The notes: generated by a model from the letters alone, not told the origin. A stretch of 63,872 bases of DNA, filler included, from Rhabdomonas costata (GCA_019059605.1; 56 parts of 56 records of this genome joined end to end with filler, not necessarily neighbours in it); one strand, 5' to 3'. Counted from the whole stretch's first letter, positions 37,606-51,467 are shown. Program-made: numbers and translations.

Positions 37606-40600
37606 CCCCCNNNNNNNNNNNNNNNNNNNNNNNNNNNNNNNNNNNNNNNNNNNNTTAATTAATTAANNNNNNNNNNNNNNNNNNNNNNNNNNNNNNNNNN
37701 NNNNNNNNNNGGTTTTTTGTATTTGTGAAAGCAACAGTGGGCTTTACCAGTGACATTGCAGCATTGCAAGTGCAGCAGTGCCGAGAAAAATCATTTCTGC
37801 TCTTGTAGGAGTGGGAAAGCCGTTTAACTTAACCCTTCGGGAACTTCGCCCTTCACACTAATCTATACGCGGTATTTCTTAAAGGTCTGAATGCTCATCA
37901 TTCAGTTCGCCGAAATTTTCAGAAGCAGTCCCCAGAATGCATCCTTTCTTATTGTCCAGTGGGAGTTTTTTCGCGTCATCGAGTGCCTCTTCCTTCCCTT
38001 TGCGAGGGAATCAACTGACTCTTATTTACACCCTGAATATTGGGCAATGGTAACTCCGTATTCCTTCGTGCCCACGAGAAAGGAGTGGCGAGCGCACCGT
38101 CATTTTGCGGAAGGCGCCCGCGAAAGCAAGCAGAATGCGGTGGTGGTGGCATGGGAAGGGGTGGACAGAAAATCCTGTCAACCGAACCCCCCTGTTTGAG
38201 CGGTGATTTATTGGTTGTGTCTGAGTGCTCTGCGCTCGCCTCTTCGAGTGCCGTGCACCCACATGCGCTGACAGTCCTGCAGCAATGTTGTGACGAATGG
38301 GGGGAAATAGGCGGGTGAACGACACGCCGCCTTAGAGGATTTGGAGGGGGAGGTGCCCGAAAGAAAGAATACCCAAACCCTTGGTGACCCTAAAGTTATA
38401 TTATCGCAAATTCAACTCATGCACACCCGCCGTGTGCTTGCGGTGTGTCTTGGTGGAAAGTGTCGTGGACCAACTTCCGGGAAATCCTGGAAAGGCGGGA
38501 TAACCGGCAAGTCCTTTCACGGCCCGGGCCGAGAATGAAAAAGCGTCCTTGCCCAAACCTGGCAAAGCTGGCGGTGCTGCAGCGCTCAAGGAAGCAAAGG
38601 GAGCATCGATCTCTACCCGACCTTCGGTTTCGGCGGTAGCCGTCCGAAGGGGCAGGAAATGGAAGGCGCCAAGCGAATGACAGCACACAGAAACAAGCAA
38701 AGGAACGAGCGTACGAATGTCAGGAAGCAACGCTCTGATGGAAACAAAAAACNNNNNNNNNNNNNNNNNNNNNNNNNNNNNNNNNNNNNNNNNNNNTTAA
38801 TTAATTAANNNNNNNNNNNNNNNNNNNNNNNNNNNNNNNNNNNNNNNNNNNNCACCCAGCGAACAGGGCGGGGTTTTGGGCCGAAGTAAGTGGTCCACAC
38901 TTGTTGCAAGGTTGCAAGTGTCAACCTTTTGCCATTGTTTTCCCTTGCATTTCTCCTTGTAAAAAACTATCCCTGTGACTTGCAGGAACTGGCGCATTGT
39001 TGTAACTTTATTGCCTTCAAAAAATTCGTCACGCGTTTGCCACGTTTGATATTGGAGCATCACGTCCTAGAACTTTTGCCAACTTCCAACTGAACAAGTG
39101 CAAGAAGAATCTACCGTGTGAGAGAAGCAGTTCACCTTTGTTTTCAAACAGAAAAAGCTGGGCAGACCTTGGACGAGACCCTGGCACACATTCAGGAGGT
39201 TCCGCTTCTTGATTTTTGGGCCTCTTCTGGGTTTTCTTTCCTTTTGTTGCCATATGTATAGTACGAGTGTGGTGTCCGAAATTCCATTTAACGCCATTCA
39301 TCTCCATTCATCTCCATTTAAACTGCAACACACGGACACCGCCCATTGGTTCAGAGTGTAGGGACTCTCACAACAACTACCGCGCCCGCTCCCCTCCCCC
39401 TCCCCCTCCTTCACCACAAAGTGGTTGAAGCAAGGAGCGATCGTGAGGGGGCGGGTGTGGCTAAAGGGCGGTGCCGCTTACCCAGCTCTCAGGTCCAGAA
39501 TGTCCTGGGCGGAAATGATAGGTTACCAGCTGCTCATCGAAGGAGTGAAAGTAACTCTTCATTCAGAAATTTCGTGGGTGTTGTCATCTTCTCTTTCACA
39601 CACCCCACCTCAACCACTCCGTCACCGCCCACCTCGCACATCCCATCTCTTCCTCCGATTTCAAATGCGAAGCATCCCATGAAAAGTCGACCTCCACCCC
39701 ACAGTCGCAAAGAACCGACAGAGGGCGTCCCGGAGGCACCTCCGCCTCCCCTTGGTGGTACCTCCCCAGAAGTCACCCGCGCCACCAGAATCACCCCACT
39801 CCCACACAGAAGTCACCAACCAGCACCAGAATCACCACCAACGCAACCCTTGATGAGGATTACCCAACCACTCCGCCAGGGTCGAAACACCACANNNNNN
39901 NNNNNNNNNNNNNNNNNNNNNNNNNNNNNNNNNNNNNNTTAATTAATTAANNNNNNNNNNNNNNNNNNNNNNNNNNNNNNNNNNNNNNNNNNNNGTGTTG
40001 TGGTACAGTTCTGAACGAACTGCAGATTACTTGACTGACGACGTCCCTTTTTGCTCTCGAGTTTCCACTCAAACGCGCGCGCAAGCGAAAACAAGAGAGC
40101 AAAAAGGGACGTCGTCAGTCAAGTAATCTGCAGTTCGTTCAGAACTGTACCATTGCGTCGAAAACCACTTAATTAGTCTCTTAGATACGTGTGGACACCA
40201 TAACAGCCAATTCAAAATTGCGCAAGTGATAGTGGTCAACTTTTCATCATCTGTATCTGGATTGATGGTGGCAACGTGAGAAGAAACATGAATATCACAT
40301 GATGCTGCGATCGGCATTGCAGAGACAACTGACAAGCGCAAAACTAGGTCATCGGTACAGACGGGCACAAAAAAGACCACATGAACCAGTTTCGGCGCGA
40401 CATGAGCTCTCTATAAAAGGGCACAAGGGCCAGGGAGTACAGAGATATGAAAGAGAGTGGGGATTTGACCTGCGGGGGAGGAAACGCAGTGGCAAGTGAT
40501 GGAGCAGCGGCCCCTTCTGAAGAGCCCTCGGCCTGCCACACGCGGCCGCGGTGGTCCACTACACACCACCCCTCCTCAGGATGGCTCGCGGAGCCTGTTC

Positions 40601-42652
40601 TACAACAGCGCCCTGGTGTCGGGGAGGCAGCGGCTGGCTTGCTGGCTCCTGATGCACGGTTGGTTTTGCAGCGCGAATGGGGGCCACACGTCAGAAGACA
40701 AGAAAAAAGAAAACAAAAAAAAAAGAGAAACCAAAAACAAACCTTGGGTATTTCGAGCAGCAGCTCCACAGCAGACCGCCTCGGCTGCAGAGCACCCGGC
40801 CTTTCCGGGAGAGACCACAACCACAGTGCGCCCAGAAGACAGGGCCTTCGGACTGCCCTCGGCCTGCCTCAAAGTGGTCTCGCAAGCCGAGCATCGCGCT
40901 CCGGACGGCTCTGCGTTCCCTTCGCTTCCGTTGGCCTCATCTGTCGGCATCTCAATGCGTCTTCCCTAGAGATGAAACCCACCCACCCATCTGCCCTATT
41001 TTTCTTTTTTCATTGCAAATTTTCCCACACCACACANNNNNNNNNNNNNNNNNNNNNNNNNNNNNNNNNNNNNNNNNNNNTTAATTAATTAANNNNNNNN
41101 NNNNNNNNNNNNNNNNNNNNNNNNNNNNNNNNNNNNGGGGTGTTTTGGGGCTAGGGACGGCAGAACAACACGTTTTTAGACGGCAGGTTTTGAGTCGTTT
41201 AGTCGAAGACCCTTCTTTCACGCCATTCACTCCCATCACTTACAGTTCAACGAAGACGGCCGGCGCGGTGAGCGTCAGGGTTAGCACTTGTAGCTTGCGG
41301 TTCATTCCTGGTGGTGTGTTTGCGGTGCAACAGACGAATACACACAATTAACCGTGAAGAAAGCAATTGAAAATGAACACGGTAAAACCCTTCGTTTCGT
41401 TTCGGGACCCTTGCTTGTCTCATAGGTTGTCGTCACGACGTTGCGCTACGGTAATTGTGCTCTTTGTCAGTTGGCATTTCCTTCTCACAGAACTTGAAAG
41501 GCGGAGAGCATTTGGTTTGGGTGACTGGGACTGGTAGAGAGCAGTCCCCACAATGAAAAAGCGTGCCATGATGAGTGAAGCAGAAACCACCCCAGAAAGG
41601 GCACCTGATGTTTGCAACGGAGTTCTTTCCGAACAGCAAAGAGTCACGAAGGAAAGAAAGCGTCTTTGCCAGTTCTTTCGGACCGGGCTGCCAACGAACA
41701 AGGGATTCCCACGTTCAGTTTGTCGTACCCCGTCTCTTCTGAGCTCAAAAACGTCCACACCGTTGCCGGTTGACTCATGGCTAGGATAAGGTTCGCCATG
41801 GTTAGCAGGTCCGTAGGCCGCATCGGGAACATAGTGGTATTTCCCAGCTGAAAACCAGTCGCTTCGGAGAAGTTCGTGAACCACGAAGATGACTGGGGAT
41901 CTGTGCAAACGCCATTGCGAGCGAGTGGCACAGCGAGCTGCATTCAAAATTCCAGGGGGTCAAAAAATGCTGAGGAGATGCATGCACCGCATCGGTGAAT
42001 TAAAAACAAATGAAACGGTTTCAGGTTAAAGCGCTACATGTGATCAGATGTTACCTACCAGTACTGGTCAATACCGGTTGCCTAAGAATGGCACAAGAAC
42101 AATAGGCTCGGTGCCAAACCGACGACTAGGAAATGCACACCCGAAGGGGAACAGTGAAAGGGTACAAACCAAAAACCCNNNNNNNNNNNNNNNNNNNNNN
42201 NNNNNNNNNNNNNNNNNNNNNNTTAATTAATTAANNNNNNNNNNNNNNNNNNNNNNNNNNNNNNNNNNNNNNNNNNNNAGGCGAAGGATGTTACTCTCTT
42301 GTCATTTGCGCCGTGCAAAGAAACCAGAGCCAGGAGCTGTGGAAGTGCGGGAGCCCTAAAATGGACCTGGCACATACGGTGAGTGTCAAAACGCCGCTTA
42401 CTCCTACTCCACTCCATCTAATTCATTTCAATCCAAATGAATGAATGAATCAATAAAAGCGCACTTGAGAGGGGTTTGTGCAGAAGAGCTGAGAACATTA
42501 CGAACTGGGACCTCTTATTTGCATTTTTGGCTTGAAATGCACGTTTTTGTTTTTGCATCTCTTTGAAACGCATTTTTGGTCTCATGATAAAATGCTGTAG
42601 TAACTTGAACTGGTAACTTGAAGCATCCTTCGTGTGAGGCTCACACACACAC

Positions 42653-42759
42653 CTCCTTGGCTTTGTCAGGTTCCTGAGCGAACTGCACCTTCTTAATTGC
42701 GATGAACTTGCCCGTGTCTTGGTTAATGCCCCGGTACACTGCGCCGAACTGCCCCGTGC
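42653..42759 (-). CDS. STE-group (MAP3K-like) protein kinase exon, subdomains I-II
   Basis: cag|GTGQFGAVYRGINQDTGKFIAIKKVQF...KE|gt. Confidence 0.88.
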
Positions 42760-43242
42760 CTGGCCACAGGGAAAGAACAGCACATTTCAGCATTTTAGCA
42801 ATGCTGCCTTTTGCTTGGAGAGCAGCTCGAGAAGAAAAAAGCAAAACCTCCTATTGGCACCAAACAACCTGCCACAAGACAAACGGGACCGTGCAGAGCA
42901 AAACGATGATCAAGGAAAAAGAAGAGAGATGGACACAAACTGCGCAGTCCTCACCTTCTTTCAACAGCAGTCTTCAACTTTTTGCCCCAAATTGGCTATT
43001 TGGGGCACATTTACGGAATTTTTGGTTGAATTCGGCCCTTTTTTCAACCTTACTTGACAAGCAACACGCACACAAAGGTAGACACTGGACCGATCGAGGC
43101 TGTCAGGCAGCGTATCAAGTCAATCATGATGACGGGTGAAGGTAACTCTGGCTTTTCTCCTGCCAGGACTTCCGCTGTGAAATTTGTATCAGGTCCCCCA
43201 AGATTAACAGGACCTTGAAACTTCAGATGACGCTGAGAAATA

Positions 43243-43243
<1 letters not shown>

Positions 43244-43324
<81 letters not shown>
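43244..43324. repeat. (AC)n microsatellite; similar tracts near 11464, 19806, 26137 and 33428
   Basis: Directly visible. Confidence 0.97.
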
Positions 43325-43485
43325 NNNNNNNNNNNNNNNNNNNNNNNNNNNNNNNNNNNNNNNNNNNNTTAATTAATTAANNNNNNNNNNNNNNNNNNNN
43401 NNNNNNNNNNNNNNNNNNNNNNNNGTTTGTGAGATTCCGGTGAGGTGCCATCCCGACGGCGGTGTTTCTGCAGCGAAGGTGGAAC

Positions 43486-43530
43486 AGCCGCAGCCGCAGC
43501 CGCAGCCGCAGCCGCAGCCGCAGCCGCAGC
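43486..43530. repeat. (CAGCCG)n hexamer repeat
   Basis: Directly visible. Confidence 0.9.
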
Positions 43531-44035
43531 GGCAGGCACAGAAACAGGCACAGGTGAAGCCTCTCACAGAGATAGGATGAAGGAGGGAGGACGAGAACAC
43601 TTCCAGGCTGAGCCGGATGGCTTTGCTGCTTTGTGGAATGTGTTTATGTTGTGAGCGCGATGGACTTCTTAAATTAATGAGATGGGTGACATGTGCGAAC
43701 GTGCCATGGGACACCTTTCAAGGTGCGGCTCAACTTCAGTAACCCGTTTTCTGGCTTGGACCCTGTGCCGCTTACTCAGAGATCCAAGGAGAGGTATGGC
43801 TGGTAGTGAGCCGAGGGAGTCCGTCCGTTCACCCTTGATGGGGGAATCGTGTTGATTTTTCTTTAGGAATGCTGCTGGTCTTCCAGATGGGTCTACTTGG
43901 AAATTCGAGAGAGAACGGTGTATGTCACGCGGCTGAAAAAAGGAAATGCTGTACTTGAGCGGTGGACCTCTCACCTTGAGCCTGTTCTTTCAGACAGCTG
44001 GACCACGCAGGTGACCACGCAATGTTTCCTCACAG

Positions 44036-44439
44036 CCCCTTGTGCTGCAAGAAGGTCCTGCGCGCTGCGACAACTTCCGCTGGCAAGAGAAGTACAAGAA
44101 CTTGGGCCGTGTCCTCGGCGAGGGTTGTTGTCACGCTTGCCAATCCTTTATTTGCTGCTCTCACACCTGCTTTTTGCACTCCATTTCAGTCTGTTCCATC
44201 TTCCTTTTCCATTCGGTTATGTCCGTGCTTGGGTGGTCGTTGGAGCTACTCACATGGTCTAACGGATGCTTCGAGTGGAGTTCGGTTTCCCCATGCTGAG
44301 CTCGCAGTTCAAGCTCGTGCCCATTCGTACTCGTATCATGTGGGAAATCACAGGTGCCTACGGCCGCGTCCTGTGCGTCGCCGATGCCCACGATGACACC
44401 AAACGCTTTGCAGTGAAGATATCATGCGAGCTTTTCGAG
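44036..44439 (+). CDS. Ser/Thr protein kinase, N-lobe, two exons
   Basis: Exon 44036-44123 (...WQEKYKNLGRVLGE) plus exon 44354-44439 (GAYGRVLCVADAHDDTKRFAVKI) rebuilds LGEGAYGRV and AVK. Confidence 0.85.
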
Positions 44440-44962
44440 GTATCGCACTGCTGTGCCCCACCCAACNNNNNNNNNNNNNNNNNNNNNNNNNNNNNNNNNN
44501 NNNNNNNNNNTTAATTAATTAANNNNNNNNNNNNNNNNNNNNNNNNNNNNNNNNNNNNNNNNNNNNGTGTGTTTTTTGCATATATATTGCATGCAAAAAA
44601 TCCAGAACAATTGAGTAGTTTGCAGGCGTTAGTTAGGCAGATACCCATTACATCACCATTCTCTCCTTTCAGGAAGGTCATTGTCACCACAGGTGCGCCA
44701 TTTTGAGTTTTTTGGAGGGACAAGGCAACAATACTTGCAGCGTTTTCAATAATAGGGGATTTTCCTTTGAACACGCCAACTCGAATTGGATCGTGACCTT
44801 AATGTTGTGGGGTAGTGGTAATGGGCGTTGCCCCCTAGGTACTCAGTTAGGGCAGCCGCAGCAAAACAAATAGGAACGGGACTGAAAGGATGCGAGGAAG
44901 AAAAAAAGAGCAAGACCGGCTCGGGCTCGGGCTCGGGCTCCAGCAGATCCGCAAAACTGACG

Positions 44963-45598
44963 CGGAGCTCTGCTTTGAGTGCATCCAGGTGGCCTGCCAA
45001 AGTCTCGTTGGCGAGCCGTAGGCTTTGGTTCTCTGCTGAAAGCTGCTCCACGGAACGCTCCAAGCTGGTTCGCAGCTCCATGCCCTCTTGCATTGCCCGA
45101 GAGAGTTCCTGCACCTGCGAGCAGGGAAGGGCAACCATGATCTCATGCTTATAGGGTCCTGAGCGGCACTGTGTTGACTATTGCTCATAGCCACCATGGG
45201 GGGGGGGGTAAAGAATGGCTCCCAGTAAGACACCGACTTAGTAACCACCAATTGCCAACGACTAGCCCAGCCGCCTCGAAAGAGACATTGAGGCAAGAAC
45301 TGCACAAAACGAATTACGAAACGAAACGAAACGAAACGAAACGAAACGAAACGAGACGAAACGAAACGAAACGAAACGAAACGAATCGCTATCAAGCGCA
45401 ACCTGAAAGTTATGACGAATTACCATAACATCCAAGGAGAAAAAACCCACAAAGGACAACTGGAAACCTCGCTCCTCAGGCCTTCCTTGGTGGCCAGGAC
45501 AGAGGGCTTGCAGCCACGCTGCGTCGCCCTCTCGCGCTCCTCCCTCAGGTCGGCCTCCAGCTTCCGCATCGCGACGTCGTACTCGGCGAGGATCGTAC
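44963..45598 (-). CDS. Coiled-coil protein, two exons
   Basis: ...ILAEYDVAMRKLEADLREERER...LRSE|gt and ag|VQELSRAMQEGMELRTSLERSVEQLSAENQSLRLANETLAGHLDALKAELR|gt. Confidence 0.6.
45316..45386. repeat. (ACGAA)n intronic microsatellite
   Basis: Directly visible. Confidence 0.95.
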
Positions 45599-45740
45599 CA
45601 ACAACCCCNNNNNNNNNNNNNNNNNNNNNNNNNNNNNNNNNNNNNNNNNNNNTTAATTAATTAANNNNNNNNNNNNNNNNNNNNNNNNNNNNNNNNNNNN
45701 NNNNNNNNGTTTTTGGGTTTTTGTTCGCTGGCTTTCGTAG

Positions 45741-46136
45741 GTTCACGACCGTCGCCTTGACGATGCCCTTTCGGCCGCAGAGCATTTTCGGCAAAGGATT
45801 ATCTCAGACGTGAAGTTGCGACAAGAGCTGCGTGCAGTGCTGCAGCGGCCCACTGGCGTAGTTATTTTTACCTGCGAGTATGGGGAATCGCGCAGTGTAG
45901 CTGCTGGGCTGTCTTTTTTGATCTTTGAGTTGGGCATCGCTCCTGCCGTGGCTTGGCAGACGGTGTGGCTTTCTCGTCCCATGGCTGACCCCAAGCCCTG
46001 GTTTCTGCCCCTGCTCGGGCCAGAACTGGAGGCTTTGGTGCGGCAACACAAGACGCGATTCCTTGACTCCAACCCCAAGGATTTATTTCACTGGTCCACC
46101 AACCCAAATCTGACGGAGACAGCGACCATTCTCTGA
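45741..46136 (+). CDS. Dual-specificity phosphatase-like protein, terminal exon
   Basis: VVIFTCEYGESRSVAAGLSFLIFE...AWQTVWLSRPMADPKPWFL; CX5R(S) P-loop and downstream RP...P..F motif. Confidence 0.75.
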   Translation, partial: VHDRRLDDALSAAEHFRQRIISDVKLRQELRAVLQRPTGVVIFTCEYGESRSVAAGLSFLIFELGIAPAVAWQTVWLSRPMADPKPWFLPLLGPELEALVRQHKTRFLDSNPKDLFHWSTNPNLTETATIL

Positions 46137-49134
46137 AAGCCTTACCGTTTGTATCTCCGCAGCAGTCGTAATTACTTCACTATAGTGCAAAGGGGGTAAG
46201 GTAAACTTGCCAGTGGGTGTTTTTGCTTAGCAGCTCAAAATTACTGCTGCCTAAGGACTAAAAACGGAATGGGATATGGGCGGACGAGTTGTACAGTAAT
46301 AGTTTTGGGGCGAAGGCCAGGGAGGCGGCCAGAGCGAGCGGCTGGAGCGGAACCGCGATCTGGGGGCGATTAACGACTAAATGGTACACCAATAGCCAAA
46401 TTTTCAACCTTTACCAGTGGTAAGCGTTACCTCTCCTCCCTACACACACACACCTCCAGAGCACCCACATTGCTCTAAGTGCTCTGGGGTAAATATAGGG
46501 CTGGAAACCTGTTTGCAGTTGCAGCCCACATATGCTCCGCGTCAGGTGAAAAGTGAGAACTGAGGGTAACAACACAACTACATGTGCTGCGTGGGGTCAC
46601 CGAAGAAATTTACAAGAAGGAACGCGAGAAGAAATAGAACGGTAAAAGAGTGCGAACGAGAAAACAAAACAAGGGACAGTTCTAAACTGAAAATTGTATT
46701 CGTCAGAAAACCCGACCGACAATAAACCAGGGTGGGAGGCAGAGAAGGAANNNNNNNNNNNNNNNNNNNNNNNNNNNNNNNNNNNNNNNNNNNNTTAATT
46801 AATTAANNNNNNNNNNNNNNNNNNNNNNNNNNNNNNNNNNNNNNNNNNNNTCTGTCATGTCAGCACCCCAACTACTCAAAACTGAAGGAGCATGGCACCC
46901 CGGCCACCGTCGATGCTGTCGAGGACAAGCTGAACCCCAACCGCAAGCAGAACGCAAGCAAGGTGCGCCGCTTCTCCCGCACGCACGCACGCACACACAC
47001 ACACACACACCACGCTGGTTTCTGTGGAAAAGAACGCACGATGCGAGGCGAGGCGAGTACATGTGCGGTGTGGTTGAAGTCATGCATAATGCGTGTGTGT
47101 ATGTGTGCGTGCGTGCGCCGGGAGACCTGACCCGAACCCAACAGTTTGAACGAAAGGCATCCTAAGACAGCACAACAACGCTTTCTGCATTCACCGACCC
47201 CCACCCACCCACAGACCCACCCACTCAAGTGCTCCCTGTGGAGTATCCCTGTGGAGTATCCCAGGTAGTGGTGCTGCTGCTCCTTTTTTGGCGTTGTGAT
47301 GGTCCTTAGCAGTAAAGTTGGTTTTACCTCTTTTGTCCCGTTTGTCTCCTCCGCAGCTTCTGGCCCGGGCCAAGATGTACATGCAGCAGAAGAAGCGCAA
47401 GCTGGATGACATTGCGCCAGAGGGCGGGCCGTGAGTGCGCCAAGAGCGCGCAGTGGCTTTCGTCACTGTGCATTGACTTCCCTTACACACGCGCTTCCGT
47501 GAGCCTCTGCGTTGAACATGTGATTTAACTTTTCTTAGCTTTTGTCTCGGGAGTGAAGAGACGCCCAATACAGGAGCGGCCGTTGACCCCAACGATGGAA
47601 GGCTGCACCACAACTCTGGGCCATCAATTCCAACACCAGTTCCGAAATTGTGACTGAGGCCGTCACTTTTTGAGATGGCCTCCGCCGTAATTTTGATATT
47701 GTTTCAGGACAAGTGTTTCAAGAGGAACAGTTAAAAGATAATTAGAATGTAATATAACGCATGGGTGTTATGAACTCGTTGCTTGTTTCTTAGAACCAGA
47801 GCCATACCGTTGAGAGTTGACCTTCCGTGTTGCGAGATCTGAGTTATGGGAGGCTGGGACAGTTCATCGCTTCACTCGACAACACGGTGTATNNNNNNNN
47901 NNNNNNNNNNNNNNNNNNNNNNNNNNNNNNNNNNNNTTAATTAATTAANNNNNNNNNNNNNNNNNNNNNNNNNNNNNNNNNNNNNNNNNNNNTGTTGGGT
48001 TGCACGTGTCCTTGGATTCTTCCAGGTCGTTTTGAACCGCTGTGCCACCACTCGAACCACTCGAGGTGGAAACACCATGTGCCCATCCTATAACGCACAC
48101 ATGCGCAAAACGTGGAAGACCTGGTGCTCCGGGTGGCAGAGCCTGGTGTGAGTGCGGTTGGAGGAGTCCAGGCAGCCACAGATCTCGCGCACGATGGGCA
48201 GAGCGGCCGTGCTGACGGTCAACCACTGCGAAGGCGCGCTTCCCGAAGCGGCAGCGCCCCACCCCAACCCTGAGCACTGGAAGTGCACGGGCCACTGCGA
48301 GTGCAGAAGGGACTGGCAAAGCCTTGGCGCAATCAAAGGCGAAGCAGCAAAGAGCAGGAGTGCAGCAGCAAGGGTGCCATGATATTTCGGGAAGTTCCAT
48401 ATTTCGCGTATAATGCCGTTCCGTTGAAAGCGGCCGCAACGCAGGGCTTCCTCTTCGGGGGCTGTTGCTTCTTCGTTTTTCCGCCGGGCCCTTCCTACCC
48501 CCACCCCTGCGTAGCAGAGGACACCTTTGTGTGGCATTGCGATGAAACCACAATTCACAAGCGATTCGTAGCTCACAGTAATCGGAGTTTGTGGGGATGG
48601 GCTATGCGGTCAGTCAGTTTTTGAACAGCGAACTCACACTCAACTCTTGAGAAAAATTCAGGACCTTTGCAAGATTCGTATGGGGAATTTTCAACACACT
48701 GACACAACTGTGTCCCAAATCAAACAAAAACATGATGGTGTGCAGTCTGTTAAATTGCTGAACTGATGTTATGTTTTTTTCTATGTTATGTTGCCCTTGC
48801 ATTAGGAAAGTTGGCCTATTGGCCTTTTCCTGAGCAATTTTTCCTGTCCATTTTTGAGCTTATATTAAAGTGGATGGCGGGATTGAGTTTCCACTTCCCC
48901 TTGCGTTGACTTGTGCGACACTTGGGGAGGAAAAAAGACAGGCCTGGCCAAGCGGCAGCCCCGCAGGGAGGAGACATAGCATCGCTGAGGAGTTTACCCA
49001 CTGCAGGGTGCAGTTGGCGAGCGGCCCTACCGCCNNNNNNNNNNNNNNNNNNNNNNNNNNNNNNNNNNNNNNNNNNNNTTAATTAATTAANNNNNNNNNN
49101 NNNNNNNNNNNNNNNNNNNNNNNNNNNNNNNNNN

Positions 49135-50176
49135 CCACCGCGGTGTACAACGCGCCCCAGTTGTATGACGCGGAGACCAAAACAGACTCCCCCGCAATGA
49201 TGCGGAAGTCCGATGAGCACCCCGTGCTCATCATACCTTGGAGGGAGACGAAAGTCAAAGGAACTATTTTGCAAACGGAAATCACCTTTCCGTCAATGCG
49301 GAACCCCCAGGCATGGCATGCTCAGGCAGTGCATCGAATACACGCTCCCGGGGAGCACTTCTCCACAAAAGGGGTGGGGGAGCCATTGTACCGTCGCACC
49401 TTTGCCAGCAGAACCACGTAGGGCACAGCTCAGGTGAAAGATGGCAGAGACGAGAGAGACAACGTCGCGAGGTATGGCATGGAATCTATGTGTCCGCGCC
49501 GTAATGGAAGTGCGGAAGGAGGGGAAGAAGAAGCAGGCATGGCGCTAACGGGCACAAAAGTGAAAGAGAAAGTTTGGGAATAATTTTTGGTGTAAAGAAC
49601 GTTTCGGTGTTCAGAGCGATCAAAACGAAAAAAACGTTTGAACGAATTCTTTGGAAAAGCCAAAGGAAGTCAGACGGGAAGAGGCAGGCGCTACCCAAGC
49701 TGTGTGCGGTCAGGTGACCCGTTGAGGTGTTGGTGGGGACATTGACCACATCCACGCTGAGGCTGTGCAGTTGGTTCACGATGAACGATTCCAGGGTGGG
49801 ATCGGCCCAGGACCCAGTCCAGGCCACGTGCACGGTGATGTTGGGTCGGGCAGCCTTCGCACCCAGCACCCAGGCGGAGATCTGCGAAGCAGAAAAGGAC
49901 ACCGCCCCCTAAAAAACAAGACACAATCCCAGACTGTTGACTGGGCTTAGGCTGCCTGTAGCGTTTGGTCGGTGGTCGAGGTTTGTTATATTGTACGCGA
50001 AACCATCCACGTAGTTCGTGCCCAGCAAGACTAAGGTAATGTAAGGACGGCACCTGGCGGTACGTCTCGGGGACGGGCACAGGACCCAGCACCCCGAGCA
50101 CCCCCGTCTGCGAGACCAGGGCCGCCGTGTAGCCAGCCAAGTACATTGGCTGATACAGCCGGGCGTAGCCAACTCC
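49135..50176 (-). CDS. Bmp/PnrA-like (basic membrane lipoprotein) ligand-binding domain, three exons
   Basis: Exons to 50054, 49881-49695 and from 49236 splice in phase: YARLYQPMYLAGYTAALVSQTGVLG...P.PE..RQ/ISAWVLGAKAARPNITVHVAWTGSWADP.../GMMSTG...VL.S..YNWG..Y. Confidence 0.88.
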
Positions 50177-50276
50177 NNNNNNNNNNNNNNNNNNNNNNNN
50201 NNNNNNNNNNNNNNNNNNNNTTAATTAATTAANNNNNNNNNNNNNNNNNNNNNNNNNNNNNNNNNNNNNNNNNNNN

Positions 50277-51319
50277 CTCGTCGGGGGCAAAAAGAAAGGA
50301 GGTGGTGGAGGCATCAGTTCTCGTGCCAAGGCGGCCGGCGAGAAAAGGCCAAAGCCCACCACAGCGGCGCGCGGGGAGAATATAGCCGGAAAGACGAAGC
50401 CCAGAAAAACAGGCACGCCATGAGGGTGCCACAGCTTTTACAAGGTGGGCGCCCGCCAGAAAACAATGCGCAAGTCGGCCGAAACACAAACAGTGCATCA
50501 TATGCCGGTGCGGGGGCGGGCGTGTGGCGGAAAAGCTTGCATTCCGGAAGGTTGGAAGGGTTAATGCTGTCTTGTGTGATGAGGGCGAGTGTGGGGTGCT
50601 GCGTGTCTCCCTTTTTGGCGTTCAATGCTGCGGGGCGGTCTCCGCGTCAGTTTTGTGTCTGCTCCCGTGTGGTTGGGTGTGCTGGTGTGCCCTTATGTTG
50701 GCCGGTGGTCGTTCCGGCTGCCGCGGGAACGTGGGGTCGTACAGGGCGCCAGCCGGCATGGGAAGGCCCCGCTGGTGACGCGGCGCCGGGCTGTCTCCAG
50801 TGTGGTGACGCGGGTGCTCTCATAGCTGGAGGGGCCCCTGGGCGGGGGATGCTAACCGGTACCAGGCACAGGCGCCGCGGCGAAGGGGAGCGTTAGGGAC
50901 GCCCCCCGCCGGCAGCAAATGGGTACAGGTGGCGGTGGCGGTTGGTGTCTCTGCGTGGGGTCGCAGGGGGCCAACGGGGTCCACCTCCATTGGTTGCAGA
51001 GGGTCAGGAGTGTAGGGGTTGATGACCAGGACCTCGTCGTAGTCGGTGGATCGGCTAACACACCTCGGACACGCATCATTCCGTGCAGTGCAATGGGGGC
51101 GCCTCCCTCGCCACACCGCCGTGGACAGCGCGTTACACACCTTGGCGTCCAGGTCCGCTGCGGTATCTTTTGCATAGGCGCAGCTAGGGGTGCTCGTCGG
51201 GGGCAAAAAGAAAGGGGGTGGTGGAGGCATCAGGTCTCGTGCCAAGGCGGCCGGCGAGAAAAGGCCAAAGCCCACCACAGCGGCGCGCGGGGAGAATATA
51301 GCCGGAAAGACGAAGCCCA
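50277..51319. repeat. ~127-bp direct repeat at both contig ends (916-bp period), possibly retroelement-derived
   Basis: ctcgtcgggggcaaaaagaaagg...gacgaagccca at 50277 and 51193 with a few mismatches; minus-strand frame contains a gag-like PMEVD motif. Confidence 0.75.
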
Positions 51320-51467
51320 NNNNNNNNNNNNNNNNNNNNNNNNNNNNNNNNNNNNNNNNNNNNTTAATTAATTAANNNNNNNNNNNNNNNNNNNNNNNNN
51401 NNNNNNNNNNNNNNNNNNNTTGTTTTTGGGATGGGATGGGGTATTTTTCGTTCTTCTTCGCCTCCAG

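Noticed and set aside
41420..41947. Harbinger-like transposase (GKYHYVPDAAYG)
   Set aside because: Downstream conserved motifs are absent and an alternative frame looks equally exon-like
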